NCBI RefSeq assembly: GCF_009914755.1
Contig: NC_060939.1
Length of the DNA: 64,000 nucleotides
Origin: the human T2T-CHM13v2.0 reference genome, Homo sapiens
Reading direction: 5' to 3' (one strand)
Shown here: positions 1 through 9,700 of the stretch, one piece after another
How positions within the stretch are numbered: position 1 is the stretch's first letter
Layout: each line of letters opens with the position of its first letter
Notes under the pieces: generated by a model
Database searches by the model: none
Told to the model about the DNA's origin: nothing
The model's input: the letters and a program-made list of their open reading frames with translations, nothing else
Translations under genes and position numbers: made by a program

Positions 1-25
1 TGGCCAGGTAACTGCGTCATGTGGG

Positions 26-3007
26 CTAGTAGATTGGCCAGGGCTTCGAACTGAAGGACGATAATGGGGAGTAGCTGTCAGGCCCTGGGAGTGCCTGAGT
101 GTAAGTGGAGATGGGTTTGGGGTCACTGAGGGATGTGTGGGAGCCATCCCTGTATAGGTACAGGTAGGTCATAGGGAGATAGTCTCGTGAGGCCTGTGAG
201 TGTCTAGGGTTGTCCTGGGTGCCTGGGGCTGACTGTGGCAGAAATCTGGGGAAGGCTGGAGAGAAGCTGGGAGACCCAGGAGAGTCCCTGAAGGCAGGGG
301 GTGAAGAGGTGAAAGAAATGGGGGAGGGTTGCAGTAAGGTCCGTGAGTTTGTAGGTGATTCCTGGGTGCGGGAAGCTGACTCCAGGTGAAATCTGGAGAT
401 GGTTGGAGAGTAGCTGAGAGAGACAGAAGAGTCCCTGAGGGCTGGGGGTGAGAACATGAGGGAGACGGGGGAGTAAGTCAGTGAAATTCGTGAGTTCGGT
501 GGTGTATCGTGGGTGCCTGGAACTGACTCCAGCTGGAATCTAGAGAAGTTTTGAGAGTAGCTGAAGGAGACACAAGAGTCCCTGTGGGCTGAGGGCAAAG
601 ACCTGAGAGAGACCAGGGAGGACCTCAGTGAAGTCTGTGAGTCTGTAGGTGATTCCGGAGTGTGGGAGGCTGACTCCCGCTGAAATCTGGGCGTGGTGGG
701 AGAGTAGCTGGGACAGACAGGAGAGTCCCAGGGGGCTGGGGGTGAAGACATGAGAGAGACTGGGGAGTAACTCAGTGAAATTGCTGAGTTGGTTGGTGAT
801 ACCTGGGTGCCTGGAACTGACCCCCGCTGAAATCTGGGCATGGTTGGAGAGTAGCTGGGACACACAAGAGAGTCCCTGAGGGCTGGGGGTGAAGACATGA
901 GCGAGACCGGGGAGTAACTGAGTGAAACTGGTGAGTTTGGTGGTGACTCCGGGGTGCCTGGAACTGACACCAGCTGAAATGTGGGCGTGGTTGGAGAGTA
1001 GCTGAGACAGACAGGAGAGTCCCTGAGGACTGGTGAAGACATGAGAGAGACTGGAGGGTAATTGAGTGAAATTGGTGAGTTTGGTGGTGATTCCTGGGTG
1101 CCTGGAACTGACTCCCGCTGAAGTGTGGGCGTGGTTGGAGAGTAGCTGGGACACACAGGAGAGTCCCTGAGGGTTGGAGATAAAGACGTGCTAGAGACTG
1201 AGGAGTAACTGAGTGAAATTGGTGAGTTTGGTGGTGATTCCGGGGTGCCTGGAACGGACTCCAGCTGAAACGTGGGCGTGGTTGGAGAGTAGCTGGGACA
1301 GACGGGAGAGTCCCTGAGGGATGGTGAAGACATGAGAGAGACTGGGGAGTAACGCAGTGAAATTGGTGAGTTTGGTGGTGATTTCTGGGTGCCTGCAGCG
1401 GACTCCCGCTGAAGTGTGGGCGTGCTTGGAGAGTAGCTGGGACAGACAGGCGAGTCCCTGAGGGTTGGAGATAAAGACGTGCTAGAGACTGAGGAGTAAC
1501 TGAGTGAATTTGGTGAGTTTGGTGGTGATTCCGGGGTGCCTGGAACGGACTCCGGCTGAAATGTGGGCGTGGTTGGAGAGTAGCTGGGACAGACGGGAGA
1601 GTCCCTGAGGGATGGTGAAGACATGAGAGAGACTGGGGAGTAACGCAGTGAAATTGGTGAGTTTGGTGGTGATTTCTGGGTGCCTGCAACGGACTCCCGC
1701 TGAAGTGTGGGCGTGCTTGGAGAGTAGCTGGGACAGACAGGCGAGTCCCTGAGGGTTGGAGATAAAGACGTGCTGGAGACTGGGGAGTAACTCAGTGAAA
1801 GTGGTGGGCTTGGTGGTGATCCCAGGGTTCCTGGAACTGACCCGCGCTGAAATGTGGGCGTGGTTGGAGAGTAGCTGGGACAGACTGGAGGGTCCGTAAG
1901 GGCTGGGGGTGAAGACGTGAGAGAGACTGGCGAGGATCTCACTGAGGTCTGTGAGTTTGTAGGTGTTTCTGGGGTGTGGGGTACAGACTCCCGCTGAAAT
2001 CTGGGCGTAGTTGGAGAGTAGCTGGGACAGACAGGAGAGTCATGGGTGGCTGGGGGTGAGCTGCTGGATGATGGCAGTAAGAACATATGGTACATTATTG
2101 ATGAATGAGGTGACTGTGAAGAATCTCCAGAGGAGGACACGGGAGAACACAATGACATGAGTGACTGTCCTGCTTGGTTAGGAAAGGGAAACGTAAAGTT
2201 GTGGAATTCTGTTGATGATGGATGTGAGAGTGGTGAAGCCCTGCGGGATGATGTAGAGGACTTCCACATCCCTGGTGAGGAGCTGCCCCTTGGGTCTGAG
2301 TTTCTGGGAGGGGAGAGGGAGAAGCTGGGTGAGGCAGGCATGAATCTTGAGGAGTCAGGGCTGGGGGACCGCTCATATTCTCCCGAGACCTGTGAGTCTC
2401 TGGGGGACTCCTGGGTGCATGGGGCTGGCTCCAGCAGGAACCTGGGGATGGCTGGAGAGTAACTGGGAGCCACAGGAGGGTCCCTGAGGCCTGGGGGTGA
2501 AGAGATGCAAGACACAGTGGTGGAGCAGCGTGAGGCTCGTGAGTTTGTAGGTGATTCCTGGGTATGGGGGGCTGACTCCAGCTGAAATCTGGGGTTGTTT
2601 GGAGAGTAGCTGGGAGACACTGGAGACCCCCCGAGAGCTGGGGGTGAGCTGCTGGGTGATGGCAGTAAGAACATGTGGTATATTATTGATGAACGTGGGG
2701 ACTCTGAGGAGTCCTCAGAGGAGGACACGGCAGAGCCCAATGGCTTCATTGATTGCCCATCACGGTGAGGACAGGGAAATGGGAGCTTGTGGGATTCTGG
2801 TGATGACAGAGGTGAGTGTGGTGAAGCCCTAGGGGATGGTGAATGGTAGTTCCGGATCCCTGGTGAGGAGCTTCCCCTTAAGCCTGAGTTTCTGAGAGGG
2901 GAGAGGGAGAAGCTGGGTGAGGCTCGCATGGACCTTGGGGTGTCCGTGCTGGGGGACCGTTCATAAGAAGAGCCAGACAAGACCCTACTGTTCTTAGGTG
3001 CAGACAT
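26..3007 (-). pseudogene. Unit 1 copy of CTD-like Ser/Pro repeat ORF, frameshifted near the C-terminus (993 aa)
   Basis: A 4-bp insertion at ~163-167 (gtacaggtaggtcata vs gtacaggtcata in other units) shifts the frame after ...DYLPMT. The repeat region itself is intact. Confidence 0.6.
110..2960 (-). repeat. ACRO1-like 147/144-bp satellite block (~19-20 monomers), present in every unit
   Basis: The anchor gagagtagct (or a variant) starts at 259, 406, 553, 700, 847, 994, 1138, 1285, 1429, 1576, 1720, 1867, 2014, 2455 and 2602. Spacings are 147 x5, 144, 147, 144, 147, 144, 147, 147, 441 (3x147), 147. Block edges are approximate. Confidence 0.9.
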
Positions 3008-3068
3008 GATTAGGAAACCTGCAGCTCCCAGGGTCCCCCACTAATGTTCTAACTCACAGAAGGAAGGA

Positions 3069-3082
3069 GTGTGTGTGCGTGT

Positions 3083-3116
<34 letters not shown>

Positions 3117-3135
3117 TTGTGTGTGTGCGGTGTGA
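3069..3135. repeat. (TG)n/(CA)n microsatellite, every unit
   Basis: Direct reading. Lies in the putative 5' leader; 2 bp longer in unit 2. Confidence 0.95.
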
Positions 3136-3177
3136 GGTATGGGCCCCTTAAGGAAATGGAAATCAACCAACCAATGG

Positions 3178-3203
3178 GACAGACAGACAGACAGACAGAC
3201 AGA
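3178..3203. repeat. (GACA)n microsatellite, every unit
   Basis: gacagacagacagacagacagacaga. Confidence 0.9.
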
Positions 3204-3324
3204 GATTCACTTGCCCAAGTGTTCTGTCCTGTCCTCTGAATCCGCTTCCAAGTCGCAAGACGCTGTGAGCTCCAAGTCCACGCAGAGTCCGCCAAACGCT
3301 GCGGCCGCTGATCCGCTCCGCGAA

Positions 3325-3395
3325 GATCTGAGTACAGGCCAGCCAGGGTGGGTTTAAATAGCCTCGGGCGCAGCCTAGCAGCGGAAAGGGCGGAG
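3325..3395 (-). promoter_or_regulatory. Pol II core promoter: GC box + TATA + Inr (unit 1)
   Basis: GGGCGGAG at 3388-3395; minus-strand TATTTAAA at 3360-3353; minus-strand TCAGATC (fits YYANWYY) at 3331-3325 with +1 A at 3329, placing TATA at -31. Locally CpG-rich, with a NotI site at 3301-3308. Copies at offsets +6584, +13170, +19796, +26378, +32960, +39542, +46124, +52722, +59304. Confidence 0.65.
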
Positions 3396-3857
3396 CTTCA
3401 CTCCTCCTTTCCATCAGTCACCCCCAACTTTCCCAGGCTACACCTCGTAGGAAACTGTTCTCCTGCTTTGATTTCATGCGCCACCTTTGGGACAATCTAA
3501 GAACTTACAGGTTTTCTTGGCCAGATTTATTAGGAATTGTATGCACTGAAACACTGAAAACCAACTAGTGGTTCTGTGCTTCCCACGTTGTGGTTTTGAC
3601 ACCAGCAGCATCCTTGCCACAATCAAACCCCGGAGATCCGCAGATCTGTGTTGTAACAAGACCTCCCCCTGACCCTGAAGCATGGCAGTTGAAGATGTCT
3701 TTCCGTGTAAGCGAAAAGACTTTGAAGAAAAGGTGGAGATATGCGTTGTATAAACATTCTTTTGCTCTGGAACCACGTAGAGACTTGGGAGCCAGTTGGG
3801 TGGAGCATTCGTTGGATGAGGGTGCTCGGGTTAGGAATATCAAGGTGTTTCTCCAGA

Positions 3858-3868
3858 TAATCCAATCA
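3858..3868 (+). promoter_or_regulatory. DUX4/DUX-family double-homeodomain motif TAATCCAATCA, every unit
   Basis: Exact fit to the TAAYYYAATCA consensus, followed immediately by TAATTA. About 530 bp upstream of the predicted TSS. Confidence 0.5.
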
Positions 3869-3934
3869 TCTAATTAAGATTCCAGTTATGCTCATCTGTT
3901 TTAAAATTCCGTTTGGGTAAATTCTTTTAGTCAG

Positions 3935-4420
3935 ACTGAGAATGGCAAAGCCTCAACCCCAATTTCCAGGGAGGGTGGAGAGCCTCAGGTGGAGTTGATC
4001 ACCAATAGCCTATGGTTTAACCCATCATGCCTATAGAATGAGGTCTCCATCAAAATCCAAAAGGACTGGGTTCAGAGAGCTTCTGGATAACACTTCCTGG
4101 AAGGTAGTGCGGCCCTCCCCGCATGGCGGGCCCCACATTTATTTCTGAACTTTGTGCAATGTCCGCTAAATTACAACGGCAAATGTAAGTGTTTCCCTGC
4201 GTGCTGTGAGCTCTTCCAGCAAATGAATGCAACTAAATCTGGGAGTGGTGGCAACCTGATTTATAGCCAGTTGCTGAGAAGTACAGGTAAAACAACTTAG
4301 GGCTTCCCATAGTTATTGGTGTGGGAGGCCTGTCTGGCGGGACTCGGCCCTTTGGAATCTAATGCTATGTCCCGGTAGATAGCGTCACCATTGAATTAGA
4401 AGACACACATATGTGGAGAA
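3935..4420 (+). mobile_element. MER21-like LTR fragment, every unit
   Basis: Recalled MER21 segments: gggttcagagagcttctggata, gtaagtgtttccctg, tgatttatagccagttg..agaagtacagg, ggtagatag.gtca..attgaattaga. Boundaries are approximate. Confidence 0.7.
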
Positions 4421-4569
4421 TAATCTTTCTGGTCATTTGTTGCATGTCTTATTTACAATATGTAATCAAATTCTTTATCCTGACCTTATGGCACCTGGGT
4501 TTGAACCAAAAGTTGGTCTGTCACTTTCTGAGTTTGAAACTTTATTTTGCCTTTAGCGTTTTGCTATTG

Positions 4570-4868
4570 CTTTTTCGTTTTCTTTTGTTTCGTTTCGTTT
4601 CTAAGTTCTGGGGTATATGTGCAGGATGTGCAGATTTGTTACTAAGGTAAACGTGTGCCATGGTGGTTTGCTGCACCTGTCAACCCGTCACCTAGGTATT
4701 AAGCCCAGCATGCAGTAGCTGTTTTTCTTTACGCTCTGCCTCCCGAACGGCCCCAGTGTGTGTTGTTCCCCTTCCTGTGTCCATGGGATCTCACTTTTCA
4801 GCTCCCATTATAAGTGAGAAGGTGGCGTTTGGTTTTCTTTCCCTGGATTAGTTTGCTGACGATAATGA
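4570..4868 (-). mobile_element. L1PA (older primate, ~L1PA8-13) 3' end with degenerate polyA tail, every unit
   Basis: A T-rich tail followed by taagttctgggg..atgtgcaggatgtgcag.tttgttac..aggtaaacgtgtgccatggtggtttgctgcacc..tcaacccgtcacctaggtattaagccc, the reverse complement of a primate L1 3' UTR terminus. Confidence 0.9.
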
Positions 4869-4913
4869 CCACACATCACCACTGTTTTTGTTTTTTAGTA
4901 TAAAGAGTAGTAT

Positions 4914-4919
4914 TTTATT
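4914..4919 (-). terminator. Distal polyA signal AATAAA, followed by an A-rich tract
   Basis: Minus strand reads CAATAAAATACTACTCTTTATACTAAAAAACAAAAAC. About 1.4 kb past the ORF stop of the unit to its right. Copy at 18084-18089 etc. Confidence 0.4.
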
Positions 4920-5258
4920 GAATAAGATTTGCTCACAGAAAAATAAGCTTAAATCTACAATGAATGCCAGACCCTACAGCAGAAAGCAATTTTCTCACTT
5001 TTCCACACACAATGGTTCCTACTAAGTGAAAAAAAAGCCATAAAATTTCATTCACAAATGTACTACTCTGTCTCAAAACATCTCACGTAATCATGCACTG
5101 TACTAAAGCCATCAGATCAGTTCTTCAGTCAGGTTAAAGAAGTATCCCTCTAATAACTGACTTTTATAATGCTATCAATATCCACTCCCAATCAGTCTGC
5201 CATTGTTAGTGGTGTACAGCATTACTGAATACAACGGAATTGATGACGCCCATATCCA

Positions 5259-5330
5259 CAGACAAACCGTGACTTATGATGGTTTGATTTATGATTTTTC
5301 AACGTTATGATGGGTTTATTGGAATATTAG
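5259..5330. mobile_element. Short TcMar-Tigger (MER47/Tigger5-like) DNA transposon fragment
   Basis: gacttatgatggtttgatttatgatttttcaac.ttatgatgggttt looks like the CpG-decayed GACTTACGAT repeats of MER47-type ends (recalled). Confidence 0.45.
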
Positions 5331-5611
5331 ATTCGTTTCTGAGTTACACTGGGTTTATGAGTATGCGACCCTACACTCCAGAAACAGCTGTATAAGGAAA
5401 AACAGGTGTACCTAATAAAAATATGCTTAGTGACTTGGGATAAACCAATAGATGTTCACAAGTGATGGAGAGCCGTGAAAGAGAGATAGCGGTAAATAGT
5501 TACAATAACACAATTTTCCTGCACCTGTCGAGGATTTCCCCCAAAAAACGCAGAATGTGGGATGCACCTAAGGCATATGAAAGAGAGAGGGCAGAAGGAG
5601 TAAGAGAGAAA

Positions 5612-5720
5612 TAGGAGGAAGGAAGGAAGGAAGCAAGGAAGAAAGGAAGGAAGGAAAGAAGGAAGGTAGGACGGAAGGAAGGAAGGAAGGAAGGAAGGAA
5701 AGAAGGATGAAAGGAAGGAG
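5612..5720. repeat. (GGAA)n microsatellite, length-variable between units
   Basis: Direct reading. It is +8 bp in unit 2, +44 bp in unit 3 and +16 bp in unit 8. Confidence 0.95.
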
Positions 5721-5774
5721 AAAACACCGGTGTTACTAAAACCCCCCAAAAAATGGTTTCCCCCTGTGGGTAAG

Positions 5775-6112
5775 CCTACAATGTGGATGAATCTTGAAAA
5801 TATTGTGCTACGTGTTATGTCAGTCATAGCAGCTCACCTATTGTGCAATTCCGTTTATAGGAAATGTCCACAATATGGAAATCTATGCATATGGGTTTGA
5901 TCGCACTAGGAAGTTGCTACCTAGGGCTGAGGGTCAGGGAGAGGGTTTGAGACAGAATGAGGAGTGACTAATGTCTACAGGGTCTTTCTCTGGTCGGGGG
6001 TGATAAGACGTTTTACAATGGATTGCGAATTAAAATTGAATGTGCACAACCACAGGTATACTAAAAGCCACTCAATTCATGACCTTTAATGGGGGAATCT
6101 TACGTGGCGTAG
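5775..6112 (+). mobile_element. Old L1M (L1MB-like) 3' UTR fragment, every complete unit
   Basis: acaatgtggatgaatcttgaaaatattgtgcta...attccgtttataggaaatgtcca...gaatgaggagtgactaatg...tgcacaac...tatactaaaagccact resembles the recalled L1MB 3' end. Confidence 0.75.
6085..6090 (-). terminator. Proximal polyA signal ATTAAA
   Basis: Minus-strand ATTAAA about 230 nt after the stop at 6318, followed by U/GU-rich sequence. Copy at 19299-19304 etc. Confidence 0.35.
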
Positions 6113-6317
6113 TCTCATGGAGACCACGGCAGACATAGTGAGAGAGAAAAAGGTGAGTAAATATCTGAAACGGAGGCAGAAACAGAGAGAATGAAAAGCC
6201 CTGTTGAATGGAAGGGAGAGCGAAAAGGGAAAATGGTCCTATTTACAAATGACAGATGTGAAACTGGGGTTCACATCAACAGTGTCACTGCCAGGAAGGA
6301 GGGTCATGCTAGCCATG

Positions 6318-9300
6318 TCACCGGTAGTGTGGCCCGCAGGGACGCCGACCTGCTGGAGCATCGTGCCAGCATGGGCTGTGGCAAGCACGTGGGCCAGCAG
6401 GAGGTTCCCGCTGCACAGCTGTGGGGTGAGGATAGACTGGGTGGTGATATCGGCCATTACAGGGGCCTCTTCTGCTGGCAAGAGTGTGACAGTAGCAAGT
6501 AGATGGACAGGCCTGCGTGTGAGGACGGAATGCAGGAGGGGTTCTTGTGCGCCTGGGTGTGGGGCCCTCACGGGAACCGTGGAGAAATGGCCAGGTAACT
6601 GCGTCATGTGGGCTAGTAGATTGGCCAGGGCTTCGAACTGAAGGACGATAATGGGGAGTAGCTGTCAGGCCCTGGGAGTGCCTGAGTGTAAGTGGAGATG
6701 GGTTTGGGGTCACTGAGGGATGCGTGGGAGCCATCCCTGTATAGGTACAGGTCATAGGGAGATAGTCTCGTGAGGCCTGTGAGTGTCTAGGGTTGTCCTG
6801 GGTGCCTGGGGCTGACTGTGGCAGAAATCTGGGGAAGGCTGGAGAGAAGCTGGGAGACCCAGGAGAGTCCCTGAAGGCAGGGGGTGAAGAGGTGAAAGAA
6901 ATGGGGGAGGGTTGCAGTAAGGTCCGTGAGTTTGTAGGTGATTCCTGGGTGTGGGAAGCTGACTCCAGGTGAAATCTGGAGATGGTTGGAGAGTAGCTGA
7001 GAGAGACAGAAGAGTCCCTGAGGGCTGGGGGTGAGAACATGAGGGAGACGGGGGAGTAAGTCAGTGAAATTCGTGAGTTCGGTGGTGTATCGTGGGTGCC
7101 TGGAACTGACTCCAGCTGGAATCTAGAGAAGTTTTGAGAGTAGCTGAAGGAGACACAAGAGTCCCTGTGGGCTGAGGGCAAAGACCTGAGAGAGACCAGG
7201 GAGGACCTCAGTGAAGTCTGTGAGTCTGTAGGTGATTCCGGAGTGTGGGAGGCTGACTCCCGCTGAAATCTGGGCGTGGTGGGAGAGTAGCTGGGACAGA
7301 CAGGAGAGTCCCAGGGGGCTGGGGGTGAAGACATGAGAGAGACTGGGGAGTAACTCAGTGAAATTGCTGAGTTGGTTGGTGATACCTGGGTGCCTGGAAC
7401 TGACCCCGCTGAAATCTGGGCATGGTTGGAGAGTAGCTGGGACACACAGGAGAGTCCCTGAGGGCTGGGGGTGAAGACATGAGCGAGACCGGGTAGTAAC
7501 TGAGTGAAACTGGTGAGTTTGGTGGTGACTCCGGGGTGCCTGGAACTGACTCCAGCTGAAATGTGGGCGTGGTTGGAGAGTAGCTGGGACAGACAGGAGA
7601 GTCCCTGAGGACTGGTGAAGACATGAGAGAGACTGGAGAGTAATTGAGTGAAATTGGTGAGTTTGGTGGTGATTCCTGGGTGCCTGGAACTGACTCCCGC
7701 TGAAGTGTGGGCATGGTTGGAGAGTAGCTGGGACACACAGGAGAGTCCCTGAGGGTTGGAGATAAAGACGTGCTAGAGACTGAGGAGTAACTGAGTGAAA
7801 TTGGTGAGTTTGGTGGTGATTCCGGGGTGCCTGGAACGGACTCCAGCTGAAATGTGGGCGTGGTTGGAGAGTAGCTGGGACAGACGGGAGAGTCCCTGAG
7901 GGATGGTGAAGACATGAGAGAGACTGGGGAGTAACGCAGTGAAATTGGTGAGTTTGGTGGTGATTTCTGGGTGCCTGCAACGGACTCCCGCTGAAGTGTG
8001 GGCGTGCTTGGAGAGTAGCTGGGACAGACAGGCGAGTCCCTGAGGGTTGGAGATAAAGACGTGCTAGAGACTGAGGAGTAACTGAGTGAAATTGGTGAGT
8101 TTGGTGGTGATTCCGGGGTTCCTGGAACGGACTCCGGCTGAAATGTGGGCGTGGTTGGAGAGTAGCTGGGACAGACGGGAGAGTCCCTGAGGGATGGTGA
8201 AGACATGAGAGAGACTGGGGAGTAACGCAGTGAAATTGGTGAGTTTGGTGGTGATTTCTGGGTGCCTGCAACGGACTCCCGCTGAAGTGTGGGCGTGCTT
8301 GGAGAGTAGCTGGGACAGACAGGCGAGTCCCTGAGGGTTGGAGATAAAGACGTGCTGGAGACTGGGGAGTAACTCAGTGAAAGTGGTGGGCTTGGTGGTG
8401 ATCCCAGGGTTCCTGGAACTGACCCGCGCTGAAATGTGGGCGTGGTTGGAGAGTAGCTGGGACAGACTGGAGGGTCCGTAAGGGCTGGGGGTGAAGACGT
8501 GAGAGAGACTGGCGAGGATCTCACTGAGGTCTGTGAGTTTGTAGGTGTTTCTGGGGTGTGGGGTACAGACTCCCGCTGAAATCTGGGCGTAGTTGGAGAG
8601 TAGCTGGGACAGACAGGAGAGTCATGGGTGGCTGGGGGTGAGCTGCTGGATGATGGCAGTAAGAACATATGGTACATTATTGATGAAAGAGGTGACTGTG
8701 AAGAATCTCCAGAGGAGGACACGGGAGAACACAATGACATGAGTGACTGTCCTGCTTGGTTAGGAAAGGGAAACGTAAAGTTGTGGAATTCTGTTGATGA
8801 TGGATGTGAGAGTGGTGAAGCCCTGCGGGGTGATGTAGAGGACTTCCACATCCCTGGTGAGGAGCTGCCCCTTGGGTCTGAGTTTCTGGGAGGGGAGAGG
8901 GAGAAGCTGGGTGAGGCAGGCATGAATCTTGAGGAGTCAGGGCTGGGGGACCGCTCATATTCTCCCGAGACCTGTGAGTCTCTGGGGGACTCCTGGGTGC
9001 ATGGGGCTGACTCCCGCAGGAACCTGGGGATGGCTGGAGAGTAACTGGGAGCCACAGGAGGGTCCCTGAGGCCTGGGGGTGAAGAGATGCAAGACACAGT
9101 GGTGGAGCAGCGTGAGGCTCGTGAGTTTGTAGGTGATTCCTGGGTGTGGGGGGCTGACTCCAGCTGAAATCTGGGGTTGTTTGGAGAGTAGCTGGGAGAC
9201 ACAGGAGACCCCCCGAGAGCTGGGGGTGAGCTGCTGGGTGATGGCAGTAAGAACATGTGGTATATTATTGATGAACGTGGGGACTCTGAGGAGTCCTCAG

Positions 9301-9589
9301 AGGAGGACACGGCAGAGCCCAATGGCTTCATTGATTACCCATCACGGTGAGGACAGGGAAATGGGAGCTTGTGGGATTCTGGTGATGACAGAGGTGAGTG
9401 TGGTGAAGCCCTAGGGGATGGTGAATGGTAGTTCCGGATCCCTGGTGAGGAGCTTCCCCTTAAGCCTGAGTTTCTGAGAGGGGAGAGGGAGAAGCTGGGT
9501 GAGGCTCGCATGGACCTTGGGGTGTCCGTGCTGGGGGACCGTTCATAAGAAGAGCCAGACAAGACCCTACTGTTCTTAGGTGCAGACAT
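6318..9589 (-). pseudogene. Unit 2 copy, doubly disrupted
   Basis: Nonsense CAA>TAA at codon 85 (9335-9337) and a 1-bp deletion at ~7404-7407 (gaccccgct vs gacccccgct). The ORF is split into 84, 658 and 472 aa pieces. Confidence 0.75.
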
Positions 9590-9667
9590 GATTAGGAAAC
9601 CTGCAGCTCCCAGGGGCCCCCACTAATGTTCTAACTCGCAGAAGGAAGGAGTGTGTGTGCGTGTGTG

Positions 9668-9700
<33 letters not shown>

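Noticed and set aside
540-1689. Overlapping 204-aa and 305-aa minus-strand ORFs in other frames
   Set aside because: These are shadow frames of the stop-poor, in-frame repeat, with no independent promoter or start context.
259-2602. CRISPR-like array of regularly spaced direct repeats
   Set aside because: The intervening sequences are homologous to each other (tandem monomers, not unique spacers), there are no cas genes, and the context is primate L1/LTR DNA.
3935-4420. MER21-like LTR as the promoter of the long ORF
   Set aside because: It appears oriented away from the ORF and is degraded, and a better-placed TATA/Inr lies outside it. An enhancer role is not excluded.
3041-4650. Many 60-100 aa ORFs in the spacer, including the hydrophobic 79-aa ORF at 4411-4650
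   Set aside because: They are short, often start at non-ATG codons, and run through microsatellite, LTR or L1 tail sequence. Their conservation only reflects unit identity.
5456-5827. FLPS-repeat ORFs
   Set aside because: These are translations of (TTCC)n, and the frame changes between units with tract length.
6149-6641. Plus-strand gene (donor AAG|GTGAGT at ~6152; 145-149 aa antisense ORF)
   Set aside because: An isolated motif, a frameshift in the first copy, and no supporting promoter or exon chain.
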